64,000 bases of DNA. Source: Bacillota bacterium. Lineage in GTDB: Bacteria > Macinerneyibacteriota > Macinerneyibacteria > Macinerneyibacteriales > DSCS01. The notes under the pieces were generated by a model. The model ran no database searches. It was not told the origin of the DNA and saw nothing but the letters and a program-made list of their open reading frames with translations. Position 1 is the first letter of the stretch; every line of letters begins with the position of its first letter. Both the position numbers and the translations under genes were made by a program. Shown here piece by piece: positions 8,430-17,866 of the stretch. The DNA is taken from the NCBI GenBank assembly GCA_011048995.1, contig DSCS01000029.1:5942-69941 (forward strand), given 5' to 3'.

Positions 8430-9035
8430 ATGAAGGACTCATTAAAGGAGGGAAAGTTGGAAAGGGAAGAATTACTCAGGATCTATGAATCAAAAGGGGC
8501 TCTTTTAAAAGGACATTTCCTCTTATCATCGGGCCGGCATTCCGATCAATATTTGCAGAGCGCTCTTGTCCTGCAATACCCTGATGTCGCCGAGCGTTTA
8601 GGGCGAAGCCTTGCCGAAAAGTTCCGATCAGAACAGATCGATGCCGTTGTAGGGCCCGCTATGGGGGGGATTATTGTCGCTCATGAAACAGCCCGGGCTT
8701 TAGGGGTGAGAGCTCTTTTTACAGAGCGTGTTGACGGGGAAGTGACATTGCAGCGCGGCTTTTCACTTTCTGAGGGAGAGCGTGTCATGATCTGTGAAGA
8801 TGTCGTGACTACAGGAAAATCCGTCAAAGAAGTCATTGCTCTTTTAGAATCATTGAAGGTCCATATTGTCGGGGTAGGTTTTCTTGTCGACAGAAGTAAC
8901 GGGGAAACCGTTTTCGGTTATCCGTCCAGGGCTCTTCTTACGTTAAACGTCACCTCATATGACCCTGCGAACTGTCCGCTATGCCGTGACAATGTTCCAT
9001 ACGTTAAACCGGGAAGCCGAAAAGAGGTCAGATGA
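8430..9035 (+). CDS. pyrE: Orotate phosphoribosyltransferase.
   Basis: PRPP-binding motif VMICEDVVTTGKS. Length is about 200 aa. Confidence 0.85.
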   Translation: MKDSLKEGKLEREELLRIYESKGALLKGHFLLSSGRHSDQYLQSALVLQYPDVAERLGRSLAEKFRSEQIDAVVGPAMGGIIVAHETARALGVRALFTERVDGEVTLQRGFSLSEGERVMICEDVVTTGKSVKEVIALLESLKVHIVGVGFLVDRSNGETVFGYPSRALLTLNVTSYDPANCPLCRDNVPYVKPGSRKEVR

Positions 9036-9787
9036 CTCACCGGTCTCTTATCATTGATGCAGGTAATTCAATGGTCAAATTTGCTTTTTTTAACGGCAGT
9101 GATATTGAAAATTATCAGACTTATCCCACACGCAGTATTATGACAAGACCTGAAATTGCCACAGAATCTGAATTAAACAAATTTTTTCAAAAGGGCGTCG
9201 ATTATGCCGCTCTTTCAAGTGTTGTACCCGAAGCTACCGGTGTGATCAAGTGCCTTATCAAGACTTTTGTCCGAAAGAAACTATTCAGTGTACAGGATCT
9301 TCATCTCCAAATGGAAATCGATTATCATGGCGTTTTAGGTGAAGACCGCATTATGGGGGGGTATGCAGCCCGTCATTTATACGGTTTCCCTGTTATTGTC
9401 GTGGATGTCGGGACAGCCATGACTTTCTCGCTTATTGACGAAAAGGGTGTGTTCCGCGGGGGGATGATTTCTCTTGGCCCGTATTCGTTGTTAAAGACGT
9501 TAGCGGAAAAAACATCGCAGATCGATATGATAGATCTGGAAGTCCCCGCCCGAAATGTCGGAAGGAATACTGCAGAGGCCGTCAATGCCGGAGTCTTTTG
9601 GACCGTACTGGGGGCATTGGAGTATTGCATTACCCGTATTGAAGAGTTTGTGGGCCGCCCCTGCCGGGTTGCCCTCACAGGCGGATATTCTCTCTTTTTC
9701 GCTGATTTTATCAAACACCCCGTTGAGTTAGATCCCTTTTTGGTTTTACGGGGCCTGAATGTCGCTTTAAATGAAAATATCAGATAA
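9032..9787 (+). CDS. coaX: Type III pantothenate kinase.
   Basis: N-terminal LIIDAGNSMVKFAFF matches the CoaX ASKHA-fold (acetate/sugar kinase, Hsp70, actin) start. Length 251 aa. ATGA overlap with pyrE. Confidence 0.75.
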   Translation: MTHRSLIIDAGNSMVKFAFFNGSDIENYQTYPTRSIMTRPEIATESELNKFFQKGVDYAALSSVVPEATGVIKCLIKTFVRKKLFSVQDLHLQMEIDYHGVLGEDRIMGGYAARHLYGFPVIVVDVGTAMTFSLIDEKGVFRGGMISLGPYSLLKTLAEKTSQIDMIDLEVPARNVGRNTAEAVNAGVFWTVLGALEYCITRIEEFVGRPCRVALTGGYSLFFADFIKHPVELDPFLVLRGLNVALNENIR

Positions 9788-9805
9788 TGATAAACGGAGG
9801 TATTT

Positions 9806-10195
9806 ATGGATCATGAGCGTATGGAAACATTCATCGGAGAGACATGCCGGATCGAAGGCACATTGAACGTCGAACACGGAATAACCATTTCCGGGAAATT
9901 TAAGGGTCATATTAAAGCCGGGGGTAAAGTCATCGTCTCTTCGACAGGAGATATCCATGCGGATATCGATGCCGATGAAGTTGTGACCGCCGGGAAGATC
10001 AATGGGAACGTGACAGCCAAAAAACGTGCCGTGATTCATGGGACAGGAGCCATTACCGGTAAATTAAAAACAGGAAAACTTCTTCTGGAAGAAGGAGGTA
10101 TTCTGAACGGTGATGTTAATATGGGGGCATCATCAAGCCAAGCTCAGGAATCCAAAAACCGCCCCCAGGACAATGAAGCCGGAAAAGATCTATAG
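9806..10195 (+). CDS. Bactofilin (DUF583 beta-helical cytoskeletal protein).
   Basis: Repetitive beta-helix segments: GTLNVEHGITISGKFKGHIKAGGKVIVSSTGDIHADIDADEVVTAGKINGNVTAKKRAVIHGTGAITGKL. Confidence 0.8.
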   Translation: MDHERMETFIGETCRIEGTLNVEHGITISGKFKGHIKAGGKVIVSSTGDIHADIDADEVVTAGKINGNVTAKKRAVIHGTGAITGKLKTGKLLLEEGGILNGDVNMGASSSQAQESKNRPQDNEAGKDL

Positions 10196-11351
10196 ATTTA
10201 AAGCGCTTCTCTTACTTTTTTTGATTCTCTTCCCGGCCTCTCTTTGGGGAGGGGCCGGTTTAAGAGGCTTTTTGCCTTTTTTCTTTCAATCCCACAGATT
10301 GTATGTGAATCGGCTCTGCTATCCTTCAGAGAGCCTTCAAGCCGCTATCGGCGGAGAAAAGCTCCTTTCTACAGCAGAGGAGAACTATTTAGTTTTTGAA
10401 TTGCCTCTTATGGTTCCCCCCGGAAGCGGAATCACCTTGTCAGGATATGGGCCCTCTTTCACTCTTCCTTTGCACGCCGATGATTTAATTTTGGGTTTTG
10501 TTTTTTTCCCTGATACTTGTGTGACAGGGAAGCCAGTAAAAATTATTTTGTCGCCTACGATCCCCCTTTCAGAATTAGCTGTGACAATTGATGAAAAACC
10601 GGCTCCTCTTCATTGGGGAAAGAATAATCAGCGTATTCTTTATCTTCTTTATCCTGTTCTTTTTTCTCGAAGCAAAAGCCATGTGACCGTAAAAGCTGTA
10701 TCCCGGGATAATCAGACAGTCACTCAGTCTTTTGACATCAGCGTCCGGCCCGGACCCTATGAAAAAGAGGAGATCTCTTTAGGAGCTGTCTTTACGGGAA
10801 ACGACGGGCTGGGGGATATACGGTCCTATCTTCTGTCCTATGAGAACAAAAAGGTGTCCCGCCTGCTTCGAAAAGAGAATCCTTTTTCCCGCAGGGGGTA
10901 TCACGATTTTGAGCTTCCTTTGAAAGGGCGTGTGACCTCTCCTTTTGGCAGGATCCGTTCATATAACGGCGGCCGCTACGCCGTTTACCATAAAGGACTG
11001 GATATCGGGGGAAATCCCGCGGGCACAGCGGTATTCGCTCCGGAAAAGGGTGATGTGCTGTGTGCCGAAGATTTTTATGCCCGGGGTATGACGGTGGTTT
11101 TGGATCATGGCCTTGGCGTGAAGTCCCTTTTTTATCACATGGATTCTCTGGCCGTAAAACCGGGAGATCGGGTCAAAAAGGGAGATCTGTTGGGATGTGT
11201 CGGGACCACAGGATTTTCAACCGGCCCACATCTTCACTGGGAAGTGCGAGTGAATAATATTCCTGCAGACCCGGTTTCTTTCCTTCAGTCCAAAGACTCC
11301 GTGCGTCTTTCCGGATTCCTTTTGAGATATGGCGAGGGTCTTCTTTATTGA
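10173..11351 (+). CDS. M23 (LytM-family) metallo-endopeptidase with an N-terminal signal or anchor.
   Basis: C-terminal motifs HKGLDIGG, LDHGLGVKSLFYHM and GFSTGPHLHWEV (HxxxD and HxH zinc ligands). N-terminus MKPEKIYRFKALLLLFLILFPASLWGG. The start was moved to 10173; its 5' end overlaps the bactofilin 3' end by 23 nt. Confidence 0.8.
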   Translation: MKPEKIYRFKALLLLFLILFPASLWGGAGLRGFLPFFFQSHRLYVNRLCYPSESLQAAIGGEKLLSTAEENYLVFELPLMVPPGSGITLSGYGPSFTLPLHADDLILGFVFFPDTCVTGKPVKIILSPTIPLSELAVTIDEKPAPLHWGKNNQRILYLLYPVLFSRSKSHVTVKAVSRDNQTVTQSFDISVRPGPYEKEEISLGAVFTGNDGLGDIRSYLLSYENKKVSRLLRKENPFSRRGYHDFELPLKGRVTSPFGRIRSYNGGRYAVYHKGLDIGGNPAGTAVFAPEKGDVLCAEDFYARGMTVVLDHGLGVKSLFYHMDSLAVKPGDRVKKGDLLGCVGTTGFSTGPHLHWEVRVNNIPADPVSFLQSKDSVRLSGFLLRYGEGLLY

Positions 11352-11686
11352 ATTTTTTTTAAAAAAAAGAGCATGATAAAATATCCGCCTACGGTGAGAG
11401 AGGCCGATAAGAGAAGGCTTATGAGAAAGGGGATCCTGGCTTTCAGGAAAAAAGGCAGAGTCAAAAAAAAGAGTAGCGAAGGAAGCACAAGCCAAAATAT
11501 TTGAGAAGAGAGGGACTCGATGGCGTGTGTCTTTTTTGTCTCAATATAGATCCATATGATAGCTAAAAGGGATGTGAGGGGCAGAGAGGCCAGTAAAGCA
11601 CCGATAAAAGTGTTTCGTTTCGAAATCTCGGAAATGAGGACAATGATCAGGGTCGTCAAAACTATTTTTACTGCATAGAAAAGCAT
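11345..11686 (-). CDS. Small integral membrane protein (113 aa, 3-4 TM helices). Unknown family.
   Basis: Hydrophobic throughout. Its 3' end overlaps the M23 gene 3' end by 7 nt on the opposite strand. Confidence 0.45.
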   Translation of the reverse strand: MLFYAVKIVLTTLIIVLISEISKRNTFIGALLASLPLTSLLAIIWIYIETKKTHAIESLSSQIFWLVLPSLLFFLTLPFFLKARIPFLISLLLSASLTVGGYFIMLFFLKKIQ

Positions 11687-11696
11687 AAAACTCCTT

Positions 11697-12641
11697 TTAA
11701 AATAATGCTTCTGTGACTAAATACCAAAGTGGTATAGTCAAAAGGGAGAAAGCTGTAGACAGGGTGATGACAGAAGCCTGAACTTTTTTATCAAGAGAAA
11801 TATGTTCTGCAAAAAAAGGAGCCATGGCGGCCGTGGGCATAACGGACTCCATAAGGATGACTTTTTTTGTAATCGGGTCCAGGGAAAAAAAGAGCGAAAC
11901 GAATGCGCATGTGGCAAGTCCTATGAGATAACCCAAAAAGAGGCGATGAATACAGGACAACAGGATGGTCGGAAGATCGGAACGTTTAAGAATAAAATGA
12001 AAAGAGAGCCCGATGGTGAAGAGGATCAAAGGAACGGTCATGGCGGCGAATTGGTTGATCAGCGTATTAAGCAAGGGCGGCGGATGAAAGGTAAAGAGGT
12101 TGCAAAGAAGGCCGGCTGCTGCTGAGAGCAGAGGCGGGGCGGAGTTTTTCCCCAAGATCAATAGAAGTCCGCGATGAGAAAAATCTTCTTTTTTGTTTAA
12201 AAGATAGATAAGGGCAAACCCGGCCAGGAGGAAGACCGGCCAGAAAAAGAGAGTGAAAAAAACGGCCCGCGTAAAACCGGCATCTCCGTAGAATTGATTC
12301 ATGACCCCCCAGCCCAGGTAGCCGTAATTCCCCACAAATGTAGAAAAAATAAAGGCGTGGCGGAGATCCTTATGATGCGGAAGAAAACGGCTTGCTCCCA
12401 ATGCGGTTGCGGAAAAAAGCACCGTCATAAGAATCATGGCAGTGACAGAAGGGAGGATCTGTGTCAGGCTTTCCAAATCTGCCTGAAGAAGATTGCGAAA
12501 GACAATGAAGGGGACGGTGACTTTGATAACGAATTTCCGTAGCGCTGTAGATTCTTCCTGAGTAAACCCGAAAAAACGAAAAAGTATACCCAAAGAGATG
12601 GGAAGAAGAATAGAGAGGACAACATGAAAAAGCGATATCAT
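11697..12641 (-). CDS. AEC-family (auxin efflux carrier / malate permease-like) membrane transporter.
   Basis: 314 aa with about 10 TM helices and the architecture typical of PF03547. Confidence 0.6.
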   Translation of the reverse strand: MISLFHVVLSILLPISLGILFRFFGFTQEESTALRKFVIKVTVPFIVFRNLLQADLESLTQILPSVTAMILMTVLFSATALGASRFLPHHKDLRHAFIFSTFVGNYGYLGWGVMNQFYGDAGFTRAVFFTLFFWPVFLLAGFALIYLLNKKEDFSHRGLLLILGKNSAPPLLSAAAGLLCNLFTFHPPPLLNTLINQFAAMTVPLILFTIGLSFHFILKRSDLPTILLSCIHRLFLGYLIGLATCAFVSLFFSLDPITKKVILMESVMPTAAMAPFFAEHISLDKKVQASVITLSTAFSLLTIPLWYLVTEALF

Positions 12642-12737
12642 AATGGACAGAAGTATAAACGAATGTATGACTTCCGCAAGCTTTTTCCCGGCAAAGGATA
12701 TCTTGAAATCTATTTGAAGTCCTGTATGATGTAATGC

Positions 12738-14651
12738 ATGAAAGAAAAGAAGGAACAGTATTTACAGGAAAGCACGGTGCGTGTATCCACAACGGCAAAG
12801 AAAAAGTTGCTGCATGACGGCTTCTCCGTTGAGGAGCTTCGTCAGCTGAGCTCTGATGAATTGACGGAATTATCACAGGAGATCCGTCAATGCATTATCG
12901 AGAAATGTCTGAAAAACGGCGGGCATCTTTCTCCGTCTTTAGGTGTTGTAGAGCTGACGCTGGCCCTTCATTATACGTTTCAAACACCTCAGGATCAGAT
13001 CATCTGGGATGTCGGACATCAGGCGTATGCCCATAAGATCATCACCGGACGGATCTCAGAGTTTGGGACTCTCAGATGCAGGGGCGGAATTTCCGGATTT
13101 CTTCGGAGGGCAGAATCGCCGTTTGATGTTTACGGAGCCGGTCATGCTTCTACGTCTGTAGCGGCTGCTGCAGGTTTTGCCAAAGCCCGGGATCTCAACA
13201 ATGAAGAGCATAAGGTCATTGCCGTGATCGGAGACGGGGCCATGACAGGCGGGTTAGCCTTCGAAGGCTTAAACCTCATCGGGTCGGAAAAGCTTAATGT
13301 CATGGTGATCTTGAACGACAATGATATGTCTATTGACAAAAATGTCGGGGGGTTGTCCAAATATTTTAACCGGGCGATTTCAGCCCGTTTTTATAACCGT
13401 ATCCGTGAAGATATGCAAAAATTCGTCAAAAGCCTGCCTGCGGGGGCTTCAATCTATGAATGGCTCAGGCGGTTGGAAGAATCCATGAAAAACATGATGA
13501 TCAAGGGAGCTTTTTACGAAGACCTGGGATTCAACTATATCGGGCCTGTCGACGGCCATAATATCAGAGAGCTGATCTCTTTGCTGAAAAAGGCCAAAGA
13601 GATCAAAGGGCCGGTCCTTCTCCATGTGAGGACGAAAAAAGGGAAAGGTTATCTTCCGGCTGAAGAAGATGCGGAGACCTATCATGGCATTTCGGGGCGG
13701 AACAGTAAAAAAAAGAAACAGACCTACACGAATATCGTTAAAAGAGAATTGAAAGACTTGGGAGAAAAAGATCCTGATATTATAGCCATAACAGCAGCCA
13801 TGCCTTCCGGAACGGGGTTATGCGCTTTTAAAGAGTCTTTTCCGGAACGCTATATCGATGTAGGAATAGCCGAAGAAGGGGCGGTGACAATGGCTACAGC
13901 CTTAGCCCTGTCAGGGAAAAAACCCTTTGTAGCCATTTATTCCACATTTCTTCAGAGAGCCTATGATCAATTGATCCATGATACGGCTTTGCAAAAAGCT
14001 CCGGTTCGTTTTCTTTTGGACCGGGCGGGCCTGGTGGGCGAGGATGGGCCCACTCATCACGGAGCTTTTGATATCGCCTATCTGCGGTCCGTACCGGGGA
14101 TGACTCTTTTAGCACCGGCTGACAGGGATGAGCTGAAAGCGATGGTCCGGTTTTGTTATGATTTTAAAAAAGGTCCCATTGCCCTGCGTTATCCCCGCGG
14201 AGAGTCGATTCCACGGCTTGACAAAAAAAAGATTCCTGTGGAATACGGACGAGGTGTCTTGCTTCGGGAAGGAAAAGACATTCTGATCCTGGCCTTAGGG
14301 CGTATGGTCGCCGAAGGGTTGAAAGCTGCTGAAGAGCTGGAGCAGTCGGGACTGTCTGCCGGCGTCTTTAATCTCCGTTTTGCCAAGCCTTTGGACGAAT
14401 CGGCAATATTGGCTCTTTCCAGCCGGTATCGGGCTGTAGTCACGCTGGAATACGGGACAATATCCGGCGGGATCGGAGAGGCTTTGGGGGGACTTTTATT
14501 GTCAAAAGGAAAATATACACAGGGTTTTCTTTCAATCGGTCTTCCCGATGCTTTTGTAGAGCATGGAGCCCAGGATGAGTTGATGACATTATGCGGGTTG
14601 AAAGGAGAAGCTTTGGCAAGGAAGGTCGAGGAATGGTTCCGCAGCGAATAG
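12738..14651 (+). CDS. dxs: 1-deoxy-D-xylulose-5-phosphate synthase.
   Basis: TPP-binding site GDGAMTGGLAFEGLN, GHASTS, and a transketolase-like pyrimidine-binding and C-terminal domain. 637 aa. Confidence 0.9.
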   Translation: MKEKKEQYLQESTVRVSTTAKKKLLHDGFSVEELRQLSSDELTELSQEIRQCIIEKCLKNGGHLSPSLGVVELTLALHYTFQTPQDQIIWDVGHQAYAHKIITGRISEFGTLRCRGGISGFLRRAESPFDVYGAGHASTSVAAAAGFAKARDLNNEEHKVIAVIGDGAMTGGLAFEGLNLIGSEKLNVMVILNDNDMSIDKNVGGLSKYFNRAISARFYNRIREDMQKFVKSLPAGASIYEWLRRLEESMKNMMIKGAFYEDLGFNYIGPVDGHNIRELISLLKKAKEIKGPVLLHVRTKKGKGYLPAEEDAETYHGISGRNSKKKKQTYTNIVKRELKDLGEKDPDIIAITAAMPSGTGLCAFKESFPERYIDVGIAEEGAVTMATALALSGKKPFVAIYSTFLQRAYDQLIHDTALQKAPVRFLLDRAGLVGEDGPTHHGAFDIAYLRSVPGMTLLAPADRDELKAMVRFCYDFKKGPIALRYPRGESIPRLDKKKIPVEYGRGVLLREGKDILILALGRMVAEGLKAAEELEQSGLSAGVFNLRFAKPLDESAILALSSRYRAVVTLEYGTISGGIGEALGGLLLSKGKYTQGFLSIGLPDAFVEHGAQDELMTLCGLKGEALARKVEEWFRSE

Positions 14652-15424
14652 ATGCCTACTTGACACAGAAAGGTTATTTTGAAAGCCGTGTTCGGGCTGC
14701 CAGGGCCGTGCGGAGTGGTTTTGTCCGGGTTAACGGACGTCTTGTCGGGAAACCTTCTTTATGTGTGTCGGGAGCCGATGAGATCCGTGTCTCCGGAGAT
14801 CCGGTCCCGTTTGTCAATAAAGCCGCTTTAAAAATGGATTTGTTTTTAGAAGAAACCGGGATATCCGTCAGCGGGTTCACTGTCTGTGACGCCGGAGCTT
14901 CAACGGGAGGCTTTACACAGATCATGCTGCAGCATGGAGCGTCTCATGTCTGGGCAGTAGACGTGGGTCGAGGGCAGTTTCACTCATCTTTGCGCGACGA
15001 AAGCCGTGTCACCCTGAAAGAACAGTGCGACATACGGGAATTCCTTAGAAAGAGCCCGGCGCATTTTGAACTTATTGTTGCGGATCTCTCCTTTATTTCT
15101 CTCAAACGAGTCGTGCCGGTGATGAGTGGAGCGTCCCGTCGTTTTCTTTTCCTCTTTAAACCCCAATTTGAGACTTCTCCCAACGCTAAAAACAAAAAAG
15201 GAGTCGTCACAGATCTTTCTCTTCATCAAAGTATTCTGGAAAGCTTCAGAGATTATCTGTTGAAAGAGGGATTGTTTCCTCTTATAATCAGAAGGTCTCG
15301 CCTTTTGGGAGGGGAAGGAAACAGGGAGTATTTTATTTTCTGTAAAAAAAAATCCGGAATGGTCATAACCCCAGACGATATTAAAAGGGAAGTGTTTAAA
15401 GATGAAGATTTCCTTGATCTCTAA
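14633..15424 (+). CDS. tlyA: TlyA-family rRNA 2'-O-methyltransferase / haemolysin-like protein (S4 domain plus FtsJ-like methyltransferase).
   Basis: N-terminal S4-like RIDAYLTQKGYFESRVRAARAVRSGFVRVNG. SAM-binding site VCDAGASTGGFTQ. Start chosen at MVPQRID; the tracked ORF starts at 14591. Confidence 0.75.
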   Translation: MVPQRIDAYLTQKGYFESRVRAARAVRSGFVRVNGRLVGKPSLCVSGADEIRVSGDPVPFVNKAALKMDLFLEETGISVSGFTVCDAGASTGGFTQIMLQHGASHVWAVDVGRGQFHSSLRDESRVTLKEQCDIREFLRKSPAHFELIVADLSFISLKRVVPVMSGASRRFLFLFKPQFETSPNAKNKKGVVTDLSLHQSILESFRDYLLKEGLFPLIIRRSRLLGGEGNREYFIFCKKKSGMVITPDDIKREVFKDEDFLDL

Positions 15425-16184
15425 TCCGAAAAGAAAAGAAAAATGGGCCGGAAAAACAGAACCTCTTGTACAGTGGTTTTCTCATCATACTGATGTTGTG
15501 GAAGACCCTGAAAAGGCGGATTGGATCGTTACTTTGGGAGGTGACGGAACATTATTGTATGCGCTGTCGCATTTCGGAACGAAGAAATCTTATTTTGGAA
15601 TCAATCTGGGGCATTTGGGTTTTTTGACTTCAGTGGATTTTTCGCAAACCGATACCGTATTGGAGCGTGTTTTTCTTCAAAACCGCTACAAAGTGGAGCA
15701 TCTCCGTTATTTACGCTATCAAGGTTCTGATTTAAAGGGAAGAGCGGTCAATGATGTCGTTTTGAAAGGGCTTCGTGTTCAGGATATGGTTCGGTATGAT
15801 GTTTTCCTCAATGGAGACTTTGTCTGTTCTCAAACAGGAGATGGTTTGATCGTATCATCGCCTGTAGGCTCGACGGCTTATAACCTTTCCGTGGGAGGCT
15901 CGATCATGCATCCTGAGACAGGCGGTTATATTTTAAATTCCATTGCGACCCATTCCCTGGGGATCCGTCCCTTGATCATGGGAGAAAAACATCTGCTCAA
16001 GATCGTTCCGCATCAGCCCATGTCCCTTATCATTGACGGCCGCCTTGAAGGAAAGACCACAGACCCTGTGGAGGTGTTCCCTGCTGAGGACGCTTTTTCT
16101 GTTATACGGACCGTGGATTGGGATTTCTATCAGGTGCTGCGGATGAAGCTTCACTGGGGAAAAAGGGGGGATGAAAGATGTTAG
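15402..16184 (+). CDS. nadK: NAD kinase.
   Basis: GGDGTLL motif, and NDVVL...DGLIVSSPVGSTAYNLSVGGSIMHP. Confidence 0.85.
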   Translation: MKISLISNPKRKEKWAGKTEPLVQWFSHHTDVVEDPEKADWIVTLGGDGTLLYALSHFGTKKSYFGINLGHLGFLTSVDFSQTDTVLERVFLQNRYKVEHLRYLRYQGSDLKGRAVNDVVLKGLRVQDMVRYDVFLNGDFVCSQTGDGLIVSSPVGSTAYNLSVGGSIMHPETGGYILNSIATHSLGIRPLIMGEKHLLKIVPHQPMSLIIDGRLEGKTTDPVEVFPAEDAFSVIRTVDWDFYQVLRMKLHWGKRGDERC

Positions 16185-17866
16185 AGAGGATTCATATGCA
16201 GAACTTTGCTATTGCTGAAAACCTCTCTATGGAATTCAGTCCCGACTTCAATGTGATTACCGGAGAAACCGGAGCGGGAAAGTCCATTATTCTCAATGCC
16301 ATTGCTATGGCTATGGGGGATCGGGCTGATCAGGAAATGATCCGACTAGGGGCCGACGAAGCTGTGGTCGAGGCGGTTTATACTAAAAGTCCTCTGTTAC
16401 AGTCCTGGCTGGCAGAGCAAGGGTTTCCTGACGAGGATGTCTGTATTGTCAAAAGGATCATCAAAAGAAACGGAAAGAACAGAGTCTTTATTAACGGCTC
16501 TTCTGCGACCCTGAATCAGCTTAAAGAAATCACAGAGCGCTTGCTTGACCTGAATAATCAGAGTGAACATCAGATGCTTATGGATCCGGCCAATCATTTG
16601 CGTTTTTTGGATTATTACGGTATGCCGTGGGAGGCTTTGGATGAATATCAAAAACTTTATAAGGAGCTTTACGTCCTTGTGAACCGCTTTGAGAATTTTA
16701 AAAAAGAGGAGCGGGACATCCGCCGAAAAATCGACACCTATCGTTTTGAGCTGAGTGAGATCGAAGGGGTGTCTCCCAGACCCGGAGAAGACGAATCTCT
16801 CTTAGATGAGGTGAGGTTGCTCGAAAAGTCTCGTTCGATCATGGAACACACGGCTCTCATTCACAGATTATTTAATGAAGATGATGATTTTACCGGTGCT
16901 CTTGATGATGTCCTGGGACGATTGGAAAAGCTCCGGGGTATCAGTGAGCCCATGGACGGTTTTGCAGAAAGGCTGACGGGGCATTTGAACGGTATGAGTG
17001 AGGAAGCCCGCCAGCTCCAGCGTTATGTGGAAGAGATGGAATTGGATGAAGAACGCCTGGACACTGTCAACGAGCGGCTGGCTTCCATTGAAAAATTAAA
17101 AAGAAAATACGGAGACTCGGTTGAAGAGGTGCTCGCCTATGCCGGGCGAATCAAAGGAGAATTGGAATCTTTTGAAGAAATGACTTTTGATGCGGAAAAA
17201 TTCGCTCAAAAGATCGACGCTTTGGGGCGAAAGCTTGTCGAAAAGGATGCAACGCTTTTTGAGAAGCGCCAAAAGGCAGCTGAATCCTTTACGGCCGCCC
17301 TTGAGGAAGAGATGAAGGATATCGCATTGGAAAAGGCCCGTTTTTACGTGGAGTTTCTTCCTGTCGAACAGGGCATGGAAGTCAGTAATCGACAATTTGG
17401 CCCGGAGGGAAGCCGCCGGGCAGAATTCTATATTGAGACGAACCCCGGAGAAGGGCGGCATCCTTTGGTGAAAACGGCTTCCGGCGGAGAATTGTCGCGG
17501 ATTCTTTTTGCCTTAAAATCTGTTATCGGACGGCATTTAGATATCGAGTGTATGATCTTTGATGAGATCGACAGCGGCATCGGCGGGGCCGTGGCCGGAA
17601 TGGTAGGATCTAAATTGGCCCGTCTTTCACAAAAATACCAACTCATTGTCATTACTCATCAGCCTCAGATCGCGGCGTTAGGGAAAAGGCATTTCCATGT
17701 CGAAAAAGTCTATGACGGACGCAGAACAGTGACGCAGGTCAGAGTATTAGAGGGAGAGGGTGTGGTCAAAGAGATCGCCCGAATGATTGCCGGCTCCCCT
17801 GAAGACCCTGAGGCCCTGTCAGTAGCCCGGCGCATGAGCCGGCTGCAGGAATCGGAGAACACATGA
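16178..17866 (+). CDS. recN: DNA repair protein RecN.
   Basis: N-terminus MLERIHMQNFAIAENL. Walker A GETGAGKS, a long coiled-coil middle, and C-terminal signature SGGELSRILFAL with Walker B MIFDEIDSGIGG. Confidence 0.9.
   Translation: MLERIHMQNFAIAENLSMEFSPDFNVITGETGAGKSIILNAIAMAMGDRADQEMIRLGADEAVVEAVYTKSPLLQSWLAEQGFPDEDVCIVKRIIKRNGKNRVFINGSSATLNQLKEITERLLDLNNQSEHQMLMDPANHLRFLDYYGMPWEALDEYQKLYKELYVLVNRFENFKKEERDIRRKIDTYRFELSEIEGVSPRPGEDESLLDEVRLLEKSRSIMEHTALIHRLFNEDDDFTGALDDVLGRLEKLRGISEPMDGFAERLTGHLNGMSEEARQLQRYVEEMELDEERLDTVNERLASIEKLKRKYGDSVEEVLAYAGRIKGELESFEEMTFDAEKFAQKIDALGRKLVEKDATLFEKRQKAAESFTAALEEEMKDIALEKARFYVEFLPVEQGMEVSNRQFGPEGSRRAEFYIETNPGEGRHPLVKTASGGELSRILFALKSVIGRHLDIECMIFDEIDSGIGGAVAGMVGSKLARLSQKYQLIVITHQPQIAALGKRHFHVEKVYDGRRTVTQVRVLEGEGVVKEIARMIAGSPEDPEALSVARRMSRLQESENT

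Noticed and set aside
11352-11370. Perfect A/T palindrome TTTTTTTTAAAAAAAA between convergent genes; considered as a bidirectional terminator.
   Set aside because: It lies inside the coding 3' end of the minus-strand membrane gene, encoding ...LFFLKKIQ*. It has no GC stem.
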